A stretch of DNA of 64,000 nt from Spirochaetia bacterium (lineage in GTDB: Bacteria; Spirochaetota; Spirochaetia; CADAEX01), in assembly GCA_963662795.1 (NCBI GenBank), contig OY759746.1:1376001-1440000 (forward strand). Reading direction: 5' to 3'. Below the pieces are notes generated by a model, which saw nothing but the letters and a program-made list of their open reading frames with translations, was not told the origin of the DNA and ran no database searches. The translations under genes and the position numbers were made by a program. Shown one piece after another: positions 30,672 to 41,876 of the stretch; within the stretch, counting starts at the first letter, position 1; every line of letters starts with the position of its first letter.

Positions 30672-32048
30672 ATGGAATCATGGGATTATGAGATTTTCTG
30701 GAAAGAATCTGTAAATCAGATAAGAAATTCAATCTCAAAAGAAGAATTTACAATGTGGTTTAACAATATTACATACTCTTCATCATCCGAAAACATAATT
30801 GTCCTCTCAGTCCCGTCCAATTTCTTTATGGATCAGATAAAACAGAGATATATTTCACTTATTACAGAAACAATGGAAGAACTATCCGGAAACAGAATCG
30901 CTGTTACATTTACAGTAAAAAAGAATGATACGGAAAAAAAAGAAAAATCTTCCAGGGAAAAAAAGGGACAGCAGGAAAACGTTAAAGAAAAACAAATCCC
31001 GGAAAAACATCCTGACCTGAGGGAAGATTATTCATTTGAAACCTTTGTAATCGGAGAAAATAATTCATTTGCAGCAAACGCGGCCCTTGCCATATCCAAC
31101 AACCCGGGTAAGGCATACAATCCTTTTTTGATTTACGGAGGTGTAGGACTCGGAAAAACACACCTTCTCCAGGCAATAGGTCATGCCATTCATGATAAAT
31201 CGGAAGCCAAAAAAAAGGTTGTGTTTGTTACAGCTGAAAATTTTACAAATGAGTTTGTCAATTCCCTGCAGAAAAACAAGCCGCATGTTTTCAAGAACAA
31301 ATACAGGTCTGTAGACCTCCTTCTGATTGACGATATCCATTTTTTCCAGAACAAGGAGGGGCTGCAGGAAGAGCTTTTCCATACATTCAACGCCCTTTAC
31401 GGATCCAAAAAACAGATGGTATTTACCTGCGACAGGCCTGTGTCTGAACTCAGAAATATTACAGACAGAATGAAAAGCAGGTTCGAAATGGGTCTTAATG
31501 TCGAGCTTAACCCCCCGAACTTTGAAACAAGATTCGCGATTCTTAAAAACAAGGTCGAATCACTCGGTATAAAAATCTCGGATGATATTCTCGAACTCAT
31601 TGCCCAGAATATAACCTCTAATGTACGTGACATAGAATCCGCCCTTATTAAGCTTGTTGCATACGCTGAGCTTGTAAACAGAAAGATAACAAAGGAAATA
31701 GCCCAGCAGCAGCTTATTGATGTTTTTACAACCTCAAGGCAGAGCAATGTTTCAATAGATATTATACAGAAAAAGGTTGCTGAATATTTCAATTTGTCCC
31801 ATATAGACTTAAGAGGAAGAAAAAGAACAAAAGCGGTAGCATTTCCGCGCCAGGTTGCCATGTATATAACAAGGGAGCTTACGGAGTATTCAACAACAGA
31901 GATCGGATCTGATTTTGGAGGAAGGGACCATACTACAGTCATGCATGCAATACAGAAGATTGAAGGAAGCCTTAAATCAGATCCTACAATGGAACCTGTA
32001 ATAAACAACATTGTAAGGCTTATAAAAGAACAAAGCTCAAAAAGCTGA
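30672..32048 (+). CDS. dnaA: Chromosomal replication initiator
   Basis: YNPFLIYGGVGLGKTHL, LLIDDI, RQVAMY, GGRDHTTV. Confidence 0.97.
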   Translation: MESWDYEIFWKESVNQIRNSISKEEFTMWFNNITYSSSSENIIVLSVPSNFFMDQIKQRYISLITETMEELSGNRIAVTFTVKKNDTEKKEKSSREKKGQQENVKEKQIPEKHPDLREDYSFETFVIGENNSFAANAALAISNNPGKAYNPFLIYGGVGLGKTHLLQAIGHAIHDKSEAKKKVVFVTAENFTNEFVNSLQKNKPHVFKNKYRSVDLLLIDDIHFFQNKEGLQEELFHTFNALYGSKKQMVFTCDRPVSELRNITDRMKSRFEMGLNVELNPPNFETRFAILKNKVESLGIKISDDILELIAQNITSNVRDIESALIKLVAYAELVNRKITKEIAQQQLIDVFTTSRQSNVSIDIIQKKVAEYFNLSHIDLRGRKRTKAVAFPRQVAMYITRELTEYSTTEIGSDFGGRDHTTVMHAIQKIEGSLKSDPTMEPVINNIVRLIKEQSSKS

Positions 32049-32287
32049 TAAGCTGTTTATATGTTCTGTATAAGTATGGTACAATTGTGTGTAACTTTAC
32101 TGATTAATCAGGTACCTGTGGATGAATGTTAATGAATGTTGATAACTTTTGTATTTTATCAACATCATAAACTGTTATTTAATATATAATTAAGGCGGTT
32201 TTGCACATTTGAAGCGTCCTTATTATTATGATTATTGGAATTTATTAATATATTAATAATAAACTAAATTTTTTTGCGGAGATAAAT
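32049..32287. promoter_or_regulatory. oriC subregion between dnaA and dnaN (DnaA boxes, DnaA-trio-like unwinding element)
   Basis: tgtggatga 32117, tgttgataa 32137, ttatcaaca 32156, ttttgcaca 32199, then gcgtcc followed by tattattatgattatt and an AT-rich tract. Confidence 0.8.
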
Positions 32288-33388
32288 ATGAAGTTCACTT
32301 GCAGTAAAAATTCAATTATTAACGAAATCTCAATAGCACAGGATATTATTTCTTCAAGAAATGCCCTATCCATACTTTCAAACGTGCTTATTGAAGCGGA
32401 CAGCAATTCGCTTGTAATCAAGGCTACAGATTTAAAAGTAGGTTTTGAAACAAAAATACCTGTTTCTGTGGAAACTCCGGGAAGCACAACAGTTTACTGC
32501 GATAAATTCCTTGGAATACTGAGGGCAATGCCTGACGGGGATATTATTTTTTCTGTAGAAGACCAGAAACTTGATATAAAATCTTCAGACGGAAATATTA
32601 ATTTTCAGCTAAAGATAATTGAATCGGAAAAATATCCTGCACTTAAAAATGTTTCGGATGACAGCTATTTTTCAATTTCCCAAAAAGATTTTATTGAAAT
32701 GGTAAACCAGACAATATTCGCGGTTTCCGATGATGAAACAAGATATTTCATGAACGGAGTATATCTTGAATCAAGAGACGGCAAAATAATTATGGTTGCA
32801 ACCGACGGAAGAAGGCTTTCACTTATAAACAAGGATTCCGCATCCCTGGCTGAAAATTTTGAAAGCATTATCATACCGGTAAAAATTCTTTCTCTTATAA
32901 AAAAACTTGCATCGGGAGAAGGTGAATTTCTCCTTGCGGTTTCTGAAAAAACCTTGTTTATCAAATTTGACAGCAACAAGATATATTCAAACCTTATCGA
33001 AGGGCAGTTTCCAAATTATCAGAGAGTAATACCTGAAAAACAGGATCATATAGCAATTATCGGAAAAAATGATCTTTTATCCGCTCTCAGAAGAGTTTCT
33101 GTACTTGCCGAACAGAAATCAAAGAGGGTTTATATGCATATATCTGAAAACAAGGTTGTAATATATACTGAGGAAAGCGATATAGGAACAGCACATGAAA
33201 CACTCTCCTGCGAATACAGCGGGGATGATTATACACTTGTCGTTAATTATATGTATCTGCTTGAACCTGTTAAGGTTATGGAAGAGGATGATGTTTCAAT
33301 CAAATTTACGGAATCTTCAAAAGCCATTACCATAAATTCTGTTCCGGAGAGGGATTATTTTCACATAGTAATGCCTATGCAGGTATAA
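32288..33388 (+). CDS. dnaN: DNA polymerase III beta clamp
   Basis: ATDL, ETRYFMNG, VATDGRRL, LIEGQFPNY, VMPM. Confidence 0.96.
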   Translation: MKFTCSKNSIINEISIAQDIISSRNALSILSNVLIEADSNSLVIKATDLKVGFETKIPVSVETPGSTTVYCDKFLGILRAMPDGDIIFSVEDQKLDIKSSDGNINFQLKIIESEKYPALKNVSDDSYFSISQKDFIEMVNQTIFAVSDDETRYFMNGVYLESRDGKIIMVATDGRRLSLINKDSASLAENFESIIIPVKILSLIKKLASGEGEFLLAVSEKTLFIKFDSNKIYSNLIEGQFPNYQRVIPEKQDHIAIIGKNDLLSALRRVSVLAEQKSKRVYMHISENKVVIYTEESDIGTAHETLSCEYSGDDYTLVVNYMYLLEPVKVMEEDDVSIKFTESSKAITINSVPERDYFHIVMPMQV

Positions 33389-33400
33389 AAGCAGGCTTCA

Positions 33401-34480
33401 TTGGGTCTTATTTCTGTATCGACATATAATTTCCGCAATCTTGAAAACTGTTCAGTAAATACAGATTCATCTGATATTTTCCTTGTCGGTGAAAACGGAC
33501 AGGGAAAAACAAATTTTCTCGAAGCAGTATACAGCCTCTGTTTCGGAAATTCTTTCAGAACCAGATATGATTCTTTTCTGATCAAGGAGAATGAAAAAGA
33601 GCTGTCTGTAAAAGGTTTGTATAGGGATGCTGATTTATTTGAAAACACCGTATTTTTAACCCTTGTAAACGGTAAAAAAGCCATACAGCTTAACGGAAAA
33701 AGGATTAAAGACAGAAAAGAGATTATTCATAATAATCCATGCATAGTTTTTTCACATGATGATATATATTTTGTAAACGGCCCTCCTGAAAGAAGAAGGC
33801 TTTTTTTCAACCAGACAATAAGCCTTTTTGATCTTTCTTTTCTTGATACCTTAAGAAGATATGAAAAGATACTTAAAAACAGAAACGCTCTTTTAAAGGA
33901 AAACTCAACAGAGCTTCTAGAAATTCTGGACCTGCAGCTGGCGGAAGAGGGGCTTGAGATAGGCAAAACAAGAAAAAAAGTTATTGAAGAGTTCAATGCG
34001 ACTTTCAGCCCTGTTTTTTCAAGGGTTTCCGGGCTTGATGCCGGAATAAGGATAATATACAGACCTTCGTGGAACCCGGATTCGACAGCTTTAGATGTAG
34101 CAAAGCTTCTGGCAGCGAAAAGAAACGCCGAATTTGCAGCCGGTACAACATTGAGCGGCCCCCACAGGGACGGTTTTTTTTATTACATGGATAAAAAGGA
34201 TTTTACAAAAATAGCCTCAACCGGACAGACGAGACTTATTTCACTTTCTCTCAGAACTGCCCAGGCGGATTTTTACAGGCTTAAAACAGGAAGAAAGCCG
34301 CTTGTTCTTCTCGATGACGTGCTTCTTGAGCTTGATAAAACAAGAAAAATAAGGTTTATTGATGCATTCCCTGAGTATGAACAGGCTTTTTATACTTTTC
34401 TGCCGGGCGAAGAAAAGCTGATGGGCGGAAAGAAGGGAATATTTTATACAGTAAAGAACGGAGTTATCAGGGAACAATGA
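33401..34480 (+). CDS. recF: DNA replication/repair protein RecF
   Basis: NFRN, GENGQGKTNFLEA, GPHRD, STGQ, LLDDV..ELD. Confidence 0.94.
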   Translation: MGLISVSTYNFRNLENCSVNTDSSDIFLVGENGQGKTNFLEAVYSLCFGNSFRTRYDSFLIKENEKELSVKGLYRDADLFENTVFLTLVNGKKAIQLNGKRIKDRKEIIHNNPCIVFSHDDIYFVNGPPERRRLFFNQTISLFDLSFLDTLRRYEKILKNRNALLKENSTELLEILDLQLAEEGLEIGKTRKKVIEEFNATFSPVFSRVSGLDAGIRIIYRPSWNPDSTALDVAKLLAAKRNAEFAAGTTLSGPHRDGFFYYMDKKDFTKIASTGQTRLISLSLRTAQADFYRLKTGRKPLVLLDDVLLELDKTRKIRFIDAFPEYEQAFYTFLPGEEKLMGGKKGIFYTVKNGVIREQ

Positions 34481-34770
34481 AAAGAGCTGGAGATTTACTT
34501 AAGGAATTTTTTGATAACCTTAAAATAAAGGATAACGGGACAGAGACAATCTTTACCTCATGGGAAAATATTGCGGGGACTGATATTGCATCCCATTCAA
34601 GGATAAAGGACTATAAAAAAAATATTCTTACAATCGAGGCTGATCATCCGGGGTGGATACAGATAATAAATCTTAAAAAAAACCAGATAATCCAGAGGAT
34701 AAGCGAAAAGTTTCCTGATAAGGAAATTGATGAAATTATGGTAGTCTTAAGGAAAACCAAAAAGAGCTGA
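34477..34770 (+). CDS. DUF721 / DciA-family protein
   Basis: W..IAG.DIA.HS, L.IEADHPGW; position after recF. Confidence 0.8.
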   Translation: MKRAGDLLKEFFDNLKIKDNGTETIFTSWENIAGTDIASHSRIKDYKKNILTIEADHPGWIQIINLKKNQIIQRISEKFPDKEIDEIMVVLRKTKKS

Positions 34771-34871
34771 TCAGTTGACATCCGCTGTTATAATAAATTA
34801 TAGTAAAATCTCTGTAAAAAAATAGATAAAAAACTAACCTGAGGTTAGAAACAATATAAGGAGTTTCTTGA

Positions 34872-35027
34872 ATGAAAAGGACTTATCAACCAAGCAAGGT
34901 AAAAAGAAACAGAAAATTCGGATTCCGGGCCAGAATGAAAACAGTCGGCGGAAGACTTGTTCTGATGAGAAGAAGACAGAAGGGAAGAAAAAAGCTCTCT
35001 GCAGCAGATGAGAAAAAACCTTACTAG
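34872..35027 (+). CDS. rpmH: 50S ribosomal protein L34
   Basis: Manual translation [51 protein letters not shown] (below the ORF-track cutoff). Confidence 0.96.
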   Translation: MKRTYQPSKVKRNRKFGFRARMKTVGGRLVLMRRRQKGRKKLSAADEKKPY

Positions 35028-35367
35028 AAAGGAAAGAATCGGAAAAAAAGATATTTCAAAAGTTTTTGAATTATCTGACAGTAAAAAAAATTCCTGCATA
35101 CGATTGTTATATTGCAGGAATGGAATTACCTGGAACAGAATCGCTGTCGTTTTAAGGAAAGGATACGGCAATTCGGTAGAGAGAAACAGGGCAAAAAGAA
35201 TAATAAAAGAAATTTATCGGGAAGTAAAAAACTATTTGCCGGAAGGATATGATCTTATATTTTTATTGACCGGAAAGATAACTGATTATCAGTCTGCCAG
35301 TAATATAATTGTTTCTCTTTTAAAGAAGGCAGGACTTATGGATGTTGCTGGAAAAATTTTTCAATAA
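35008..35367 (+). CDS. rnpA: RNase P protein component
   Basis: RNR motif [14 protein letters not shown]; follows rpmH. Confidence 0.92.
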   Translation: MRKNLTRKERIGKKDISKVFELSDSKKNSCIRLLYCRNGITWNRIAVVLRKGYGNSVERNRAKRIIKEIYREVKNYLPEGYDLIFLLTGKITDYQSASNIIVSLLKKAGLMDVAGKIFQ

Positions 35368-35569
35368 TATACTTATAACGCTTGTTATTATATATAGAAA
35401 ACTTATATCTCCGCTTATTCCCCCATCCTGTATTTATTATCCAACCTGTTCAGCGTATGCTATAGAGGCGTTAAAAAAATACGGTCCGCTGAAAGGCAGT
35501 CTTCTTTCCATAAAACGAATTTTGAGATGTCATCCTTTCAAGAAAGGGGGGCATGATCCTGTTCCATGA
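35342..35569 (+). CDS. yidD: Membrane protein insertion efficiency factor
   Basis: [24 protein letters not shown]. Confidence 0.94.
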   Translation: MLLEKFFNNILITLVIIYRKLISPLIPPSCIYYPTCSAYAIEALKKYGPLKGSLLSIKRILRCHPFKKGGHDPVP

Positions 35570-35584
35570 TTTTTAGGAGTTAAA

Positions 35585-37345
35585 ATGGAAAAAAATACTA
35601 TTCTCGCAATAGTTTTGTCAGTCGTTATAATAACAACAGGTTTTTATGTTCAGGAAAAATTTTTCGCCGCCCCGAATACTGCGGCGGCTTCACAGACATC
35701 TGCCCAATCTGAGGCGCCCTCAACTGCGGACAAGGCCTCCGGGTCTCTTCAGGAGGCAGAACCTTCAAAAGTTGATCTTTCCGCTGTTTCTGTAATTACA
35801 AACAGGGAAGAAGACCCCGATTATTACAGGGAAATAAATCTTGAAACCGAGGTTTTTGATATTGTTTTTTCAAATCTCGGAGGCACAGTCAAATCAATCA
35901 AACTGAAAAAACACCTCGACGGCGATGTTCCTCTTGAAATGATAAATAAAAATTCAGAAGAACTCACAGCGTTTAACCTGCAGATGGGTGATTATAACGC
36001 TGAGACCCTTAAAGTTTATTTTGATATGAGGAAATATACCCAGAATGACAATATCATTGTTGAATTTACAAAAGACCTTGATATACCGGGAAGATCCGGC
36101 GTTACAATTCCCCTTACCATAATAAAGAAATATATTTTCAAAGCCAATGAATACATGATGGAACTGCAGGTGCAGATGGTAAACCGCAATAATGATGTAA
36201 TCAGGCTTGATAACAATGGTTTCGCGTATACCTTGAGCTTCGGCCCCCAGATAGGCCCGAAGTTTGTGAAACTTGATAACAGAAGGGAATTCAGAAAATA
36301 CCTGACAGTATCTGACGGAAAGAAGAAAATACATAAAATGCCGCGCGGAAAGGGAGAGGTGGAACTTAATGACAGATTTACCTGGGCCGGCATATCCGGA
36401 AAATACTTTACTGTGATAGGTATACCGGATTCAACACTGTACAGAACTGTTTTTTCAAACAGCCCTGTTGACGGTTTTGATGAAGGGGCCAGGATGTTTT
36501 TCTCGAGGCCTGTAATAAAAAGTTCCAACAGCATTGACACCTTCCGGTTTTATATAGGCCCGAAAAGGGGAAATATACTTAAATTATACAATGATGCGGA
36601 TAAAAACGGATTCAGCATAACAGGGCTTGATCTTGATCTTGTCCTTGACTCAGGCGCGATGCTCGGCTGGCTGCAGCAGATACTTAAAGTGCTTCTTAAC
36701 TTTTTTTACGGTATAATCCCCAACTACGGGGTAGCTATACTCCTTCTTACAATTTTTGTAAAGATTGTCATGTTTCCCCTTACACATAAAAGTTATGAAT
36801 CAACAAGCAAGATGTCCGGCCTTTCTCCAAAGGTAATGGAGCTTAAGGAAAAATATAAAAACAATCCGCAGAAGATGAACCAGGAAATTTCCGCGATATA
36901 TAAAAAAGAAGGGGTAAACCCTGTCGGCGGATGCCTTCCTCTTTTACTCCAGATGCCTATCTTTATAGCGCTTTACGGCCTTTTAAGCAGCCACTTTGAA
37001 CTTCGGGGAGCGGGATTCATCAGCCCGTGGATTACAGACCTTTCTGTAGCAGATTCAATTTTCAGTTTCGCACCGACTACAATTCCTGTCATAGGAAGCG
37101 ATATAAGGCTCCTTCCGATCCTGATGATTCTGACACAGCTCCTGTCAAGCAAAATGATGCAGACTCCCGATTCAGCCAACAATGCGCAGATGAAAATGAT
37201 GACCTATATGATGCCTCTTATGTTTCTGTTCATTTTATACGACGCACCGTCAGGGCTGCTGATCTACTGGACAATGACAAACGTCCTCACTGTTATTCAG
37301 CAGTATTTTGTAAACAAATTCATGAAGAAGAAAAAATCTGCATGA
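35585..37345 (+). CDS. yidC: Membrane protein insertase
   Basis: NYGVAILLLT, NPVGGCLPLLLQMP, WITDLS, PSGLLIYW. Confidence 0.95.
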   Translation: MEKNTILAIVLSVVIITTGFYVQEKFFAAPNTAAASQTSAQSEAPSTADKASGSLQEAEPSKVDLSAVSVITNREEDPDYYREINLETEVFDIVFSNLGGTVKSIKLKKHLDGDVPLEMINKNSEELTAFNLQMGDYNAETLKVYFDMRKYTQNDNIIVEFTKDLDIPGRSGVTIPLTIIKKYIFKANEYMMELQVQMVNRNNDVIRLDNNGFAYTLSFGPQIGPKFVKLDNRREFRKYLTVSDGKKKIHKMPRGKGEVELNDRFTWAGISGKYFTVIGIPDSTLYRTVFSNSPVDGFDEGARMFFSRPVIKSSNSIDTFRFYIGPKRGNILKLYNDADKNGFSITGLDLDLVLDSGAMLGWLQQILKVLLNFFYGIIPNYGVAILLLTIFVKIVMFPLTHKSYESTSKMSGLSPKVMELKEKYKNNPQKMNQEISAIYKKEGVNPVGGCLPLLLQMPIFIALYGLLSSHFELRGAGFISPWITDLSVADSIFSFAPTTIPVIGSDIRLLPILMILTQLLSSKMMQTPDSANNAQMKMMTYMMPLMFLFILYDAPSGLLIYWTMTNVLTVIQQYFVNKFMKKKKSA

Positions 37346-37367
37346 GGAAATGCAAGGAGATACAAAC

Positions 37368-38045
37368 ATGATAATGGAATTTGACGGAAAAACAGAAAAA
37401 GAAGCCATTGACAAGGCGATAGCAGAGCTTGGACTTGAAAGGGATGAGTTTGATGTAGAAATTGTGGAAACCGAGAAAAAAGGATTTTTCTTCAAGAAAG
37501 GTAATGTAAAAATAAAGGTACACCTTAACAGCGGCGATATATATGCCGCCCCGGTACGGAAAGAAAAAATATATGAACCTGAATCCGACTGTGAAAAAGA
37601 GATAAAAGAGTACCTTGAAGGACTTCTTGAAAAAATGGGATTTCCGGGGATTGTTTCAATCAGCTTCCGCGAGGAGAACAAGATCGGATATTCAATAAAT
37701 TCTGAATATTCAGGCATTCTGATCGGGAAAAAAGGGAAAAACCTTGATGCTGTCCAGCTTATTGTAAATGTATTTGCGGGGCGCTACCCCGGCTCGCCGA
37801 GGATTATTATAGATACTGAAAATTACCGCGTAAGAAGGGAAGAAAGCCTGGTAAGGCTTGCGGTAAGATCAGCCGAACAGGTACGCAGAAGCCGCAGGTC
37901 CAAGCTGCTTGAACCTATGAACCCTTTCGAAAGAAGAGTAGTCCATACTGCCCTGAACGGAATGGAGGATATTGCCACCAAAAGCGACGGAGAGGGACTT
38001 TTCAAGCAGGTAAGGATAATCTACAGGGGAAGACAGGAAAGATAA
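37368..38045 (+). CDS. jag: Jag/KhpB (EloR) RNA-binding protein
   Basis: Jag-N domain, KH (LIGKKG.NLDA), R3H (PMNPFERR.VH). Confidence 0.93.
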   Translation: MIMEFDGKTEKEAIDKAIAELGLERDEFDVEIVETEKKGFFFKKGNVKIKVHLNSGDIYAAPVRKEKIYEPESDCEKEIKEYLEGLLEKMGFPGIVSISFREENKIGYSINSEYSGILIGKKGKNLDAVQLIVNVFAGRYPGSPRIIIDTENYRVRREESLVRLAVRSAEQVRRSRRSKLLEPMNPFERRVVHTALNGMEDIATKSDGEGLFKQVRIIYRGRQER

Positions 38046-38071
38046 TTTCAGCTTACTGAATAAAAGATATG

Positions 38072-38106
38072 AAAAGGGCTTCGTCTAATTTGACAAGCCC
38101 TTTTTT
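38072..38106. terminator. Bidirectional terminator between jag and the convergent GT gene
   Basis: aaaagggctt...aagccctttttt. Confidence 0.7.
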
Positions 38107-39173
38107 CTGTCCTGATTTTTATAGTGGAGTTTGATAAAAAGGGCTGTATAAATGGTCCAGATCAGGAAAAAAATAATAAAACCCCAGTCATGCCAGATAT
38201 TTTCCATATAGATATATAAAAGCCCGGATAGGCCCGCGAAAATCGAAAAAACATAAATAACAAGCAGTATTTTCTTCTGTGAGAGACCGAAATCAATCAG
38301 TTTGTGGTGAATGTGCTCCCTGTCGGGGGAAGATATCGGCAGGTGCCGCCTTTTTCTCCTCAGGATTGCAGCGATCATATCAAGCGCCGGAATCACAAGT
38401 ATTATAAGGGGCATAAAAAATATCTTTGATGAGACGTGGCTTGTCTTGTTTATTAGCGGAATTATGGCAAGGCTGAATCCGAGAAAAAGGCTTCCGGAGT
38501 CTCCCATGAATATTTTCGCGGGGGGAAAATTGAATACCAGAAACCCTGAAACAGCCCCCATAAGCGCGAAGGAAAGGCCTGATGCCGTGTAATTGCCTGT
38601 AGCATAAAAAATAATCCCGTAAAAAAACGATGCGATTAAGGCAATGCCGCCGGCAAGTCCGTCCATGCCGTCCATGAGGTTAAGGGCATTGCAGAGGCTT
38701 ATTATCCAGAATACTGTAATTATGTGGGAAAATATTCCCATATCAATGTTTCTGCCCGCAAAAGGGATATAAAAGGTCTGAAAATTAAATCCGCCTGATG
38801 TGACAATCAGGGCGGCTATTGTCTGTATAAGAAACTTGTGCCATGCCCGCATGCCGATAAAATCGTCGGCTATACCCATAAGGGTAATAATCAGAAAGCC
38901 GAAAGCGAGGGCCAGATGGCGGTATTTTGATACACTGTTGAGGTTTACGTCAAATATCTTGCAGATAAGGAGAAAAATAAAGACAGCGGCTATAAACGAT
39001 ACGAAAATACCCAGGCCGCCTATACGGGGAATATTGCCTGAATGTATTTTCCTGTCGTTTGTGATGTCAAACCATCTGTTTTTATGCGATAATTTTATAA
39101 GAATCGGTGTAATAACAAGATTCATTATTGACGCGGAAAGTGTTATTATTAATAATATCAGAATATTTTGCAT
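38085..39173 (-). CDS. WecA/TagO-family undecaprenyl-phosphate HexNAc-1-P transferase
   Basis: RKIH..IPR.GG, DD, NALNLMDGMDGL, FMGDSGS, PDREHIHH. Confidence 0.9.
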   Translation of the reverse strand: MQNILILLIITLSASIMNLVITPILIKLSHKNRWFDITNDRKIHSGNIPRIGGLGIFVSFIAAVFIFLLICKIFDVNLNSVSKYRHLALAFGFLIITLMGIADDFIGMRAWHKFLIQTIAALIVTSGGFNFQTFYIPFAGRNIDMGIFSHIITVFWIISLCNALNLMDGMDGLAGGIALIASFFYGIIFYATGNYTASGLSFALMGAVSGFLVFNFPPAKIFMGDSGSLFLGFSLAIIPLINKTSHVSSKIFFMPLIILVIPALDMIAAILRRKRRHLPISSPDREHIHHKLIDFGLSQKKILLVIYVFSIFAGLSGLLYIYMENIWHDWGFIIFFLIWTIYTALFIKLHYKNQDRKKGLSN

Positions 39174-39246
39174 AACAGTGCTTTAATTTACCATTAAACT
39201 GTGAATTATAAAATACCTTTTATACAAATAAATATGGAGTGAGAAA

Positions 39247-40692
39247 GTGGATTATAAAGTAAAGGATCTTTCCCTGTATGAATGGGGGAGAAAAGAAATC
39301 GAGATGGCGGAAAAGGAAATGCCCGGTCTTATGGCTGTCCGTGAGAAATACGGCAGGGAAAAACCGCTTAAGGGTGTAAGGATCACAGGGTCCCTTCACA
39401 TGACAATACAGACAGCTGTTTTAATTGAAACACTGATCGAACTCGGAGCTGATGTAAGGTGGTCAAGCTGCAATATATTTTCCACCCAGGACCATGCCGC
39501 GGCCGCAATTGCTGTCGGCAGGGACGGGACACCTGAAAACCCGAAGGGAATACCGGTATTTGCCTGGAAAGGGGAAACACTGGCCGAATACTGGCACCTC
39601 TTGAATCTCTCCCTGACATTTCCCGGGGGAAAAGGGCCTGAGCTTATAGTTGATGACGGCGGGGACGCGACACTTATGATACACCTGGGATGCCAGGGAG
39701 AAAAGGACAGCGCCCTTTTTGACAGGAAAGGGGAAAGCGGAGATGAAAGGGCCCTCTTAAATGAGCTTAAAACCACATTTAAGGATGACAGCTCAAAATG
39801 GGGCAGAATTGCCAAAGAGTGGAAAGGCGTTTCAGAGGAAACCACCACAGGAGTGCACCGCCTCTACAAAATGGCTGAAAAAGGGGAACTCCTTGTCCCT
39901 TCCATGAATGTCAATGATTCAGTAACAAAAAGCAAGTTCGACAACCTTTACGGCTGCAGGGAATCCCTTGTAGACGGAATTAAGAGGGCGACCGATGTAA
40001 TGACCGCAGGAAAGGCAGCTGTGGTATGCGGTTACGGCGATGTGGGCAAGGGCTCGGCGCAGTCTCTCCGGGGGATGGGATCGCGTGTAATTGTAACTGA
40101 AATCGACCCGATATGCGCCCTTCAGGCGGCGATGGAAGGGTATGAAGTAAAGACGGTTGAGGACACTCTCGGTGAAGGTGACATCTATGTTACCACTACA
40201 GGCAACAGGGACGTTATTACAATAGGCCACATGGCAAAAATGAAAGATCAGGCAATTGTGTGCAATATCGGCCATTTTGACCATGAGATACAGGTGCATG
40301 AGCTTGAAACATTTCCTGGAATCAAAAAAATAAACATAAAGCCCCAGGTAGACAAGTATATTTTCCCGCCCACAAAAGAGAGGCCGGAAGGGCACGCAAT
40401 TTACCTTCTTGCAGAAGGGCGCCTTGTAAACCTCGGCTGCGCGACAGGTCATCCCTCTTTTGTCATGTCGAACTCGTTTACGAATCAGACCCTTGCCCAG
40501 ATTGACCTCTGGAGGAACAGGGATAATTATAAACCCGGCGTTTACAGGCTTTCCAAACAGCTTGATGAAGAGGTTGCGAGGCTTCACCTTGAAAAAATCG
40601 GGGTTAAACTTACAAGGCTCAATAAGGAACAGGCCGAATATATAGGGGTGCCGGTGGAAGGGCCCTATAAAAGCGAACATTACAGATATTAA
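39247..40692 (+). CDS. ahcY: S-adenosylhomocysteine hydrolase
   Basis: [51 protein letters not shown]-terminus. Confidence 0.97.
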   Translation: MDYKVKDLSLYEWGRKEIEMAEKEMPGLMAVREKYGREKPLKGVRITGSLHMTIQTAVLIETLIELGADVRWSSCNIFSTQDHAAAAIAVGRDGTPENPKGIPVFAWKGETLAEYWHLLNLSLTFPGGKGPELIVDDGGDATLMIHLGCQGEKDSALFDRKGESGDERALLNELKTTFKDDSSKWGRIAKEWKGVSEETTTGVHRLYKMAEKGELLVPSMNVNDSVTKSKFDNLYGCRESLVDGIKRATDVMTAGKAAVVCGYGDVGKGSAQSLRGMGSRVIVTEIDPICALQAAMEGYEVKTVEDTLGEGDIYVTTTGNRDVITIGHMAKMKDQAIVCNIGHFDHEIQVHELETFPGIKKINIKPQVDKYIFPPTKERPEGHAIYLLAEGRLVNLGCATGHPSFVMSNSFTNQTLAQIDLWRNRDNYKPGVYRLSKQLDEEVARLHLEKIGVKLTRLNKEQAEYIGVPVEGPYKSEHYRY

Positions 40693-40711
40693 AAATTTGG
40701 AGATAAAAATT

Positions 40712-41872
40712 ATGAGCGGAAGAAAATACTTATTCACTTCAGAGTCGGTAAGCGAAGGGCACCCGGACAAGATCTGCGACCAGATATCGGACGCTGTGCT
40801 TGACGCATGCCTTAAAGAGGACCCTGAGTCCCGTGTTGCATGTGAAACCTTTACAACAACAGGCATGGTCCTTGTCGGCGGCGAAATTACAACCAACACC
40901 TATGTCGATATTCAGGATATAGCCCGCGGGGTTGCCAAGAAGATAGGGTATGACAGGGCCGAATACGGCCTTGATTACGCCTCGATGGCGGTCCTTAATA
41001 CTATCCATTCGCAGTCGCCGGATATTTCCCAGGGAGTATCGGGAACAGGGCTGTTTGAAGGGCAGCAGGGAGCGGGGGACCAGGGGATGATGTTCGGTTT
41101 TGCCTGCAATGAGACGGAAGAGCTTATGCCGGCGCCTATCATGCTTTCACATAAACTTCTTATACATGCGGCAGGTCTCAGAAAAGGCGGCGAGCTTACA
41201 TGGCTCAGGCCCGATTCAAAGAGCCAGGTTACGATCGAATACGAAGGGCATGTTCCCAAAAGGATAGACGCCGTAGTTGTATCTCATCAGCATGACGATA
41301 ACGTAACATACAATCAGCTTAAAAATGATATAATAAGCAAAATTGTAAAGCCTGTGCTTGAGCCTACAGGCCTTCTTGACAGGGAAACAAAATACTATAT
41401 AAACCCGACAGGGCGTTTTGTAATCGGAGGGCCTCACGGAGACTCTGGGCTTACGGGAAGAAAGATAATAGTCGACACGTACGGCGGCATGGGGCGCCAC
41501 GGCGGCGGGGCTTTTTCCGGAAAGGACCCGAGCAAGGTTGACAGGTCGGCCGCCTACATGGCCCGGTATGTGGCGAAAAACATTGTAGCCGCAGGTCTCT
41601 GCGAAAGGTGCGAGGTACAGCTTGCATACGCCATCGGTGTGCCGTTTCCTGTATCAGTGATGGTTGAAACTTTCGGAACCGCAGCAGTAGATGAGATAAA
41701 AATAGAAAACGCGGTAAAGGATGTCTTTGACCTTACACCATCAGGCATTGTTAAAACGCTTGATCTAAAAAAACCGGTTTACCAGAAAACAGCGGCCTAC
41801 GGCCATTTCGGCCGGGACAGGTTTTCCTGGGAACAGACAGATAAAGCGGATGAGCTTAAAAAACTTGTCTGA
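40712..41872 (+). CDS. metK: S-adenosylmethionine synthetase
   Basis: [33 protein letters not shown]. Confidence 0.97.
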   Translation: MSGRKYLFTSESVSEGHPDKICDQISDAVLDACLKEDPESRVACETFTTTGMVLVGGEITTNTYVDIQDIARGVAKKIGYDRAEYGLDYASMAVLNTIHSQSPDISQGVSGTGLFEGQQGAGDQGMMFGFACNETEELMPAPIMLSHKLLIHAAGLRKGGELTWLRPDSKSQVTIEYEGHVPKRIDAVVVSHQHDDNVTYNQLKNDIISKIVKPVLEPTGLLDRETKYYINPTGRFVIGGPHGDSGLTGRKIIVDTYGGMGRHGGGAFSGKDPSKVDRSAAYMARYVAKNIVAAGLCERCEVQLAYAIGVPFPVSVMVETFGTAAVDEIKIENAVKDVFDLTPSGIVKTLDLKKPVYQKTAAYGHFGRDRFSWEQTDKADELKKLV

Positions 41873-41876
41873 TTAA

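Noticed and set aside
39174-39246. SAH or SAM riboswitch upstream of ahcY-metK
   Set aside because: Only 73 bp, AT-rich, shared with a divergent gene, no aptamer consensus
39919-40899. 326-aa ORF antisense to ahcY/metK
   Set aside because: Shadow frame of highly conserved genes with no recognisable motifs
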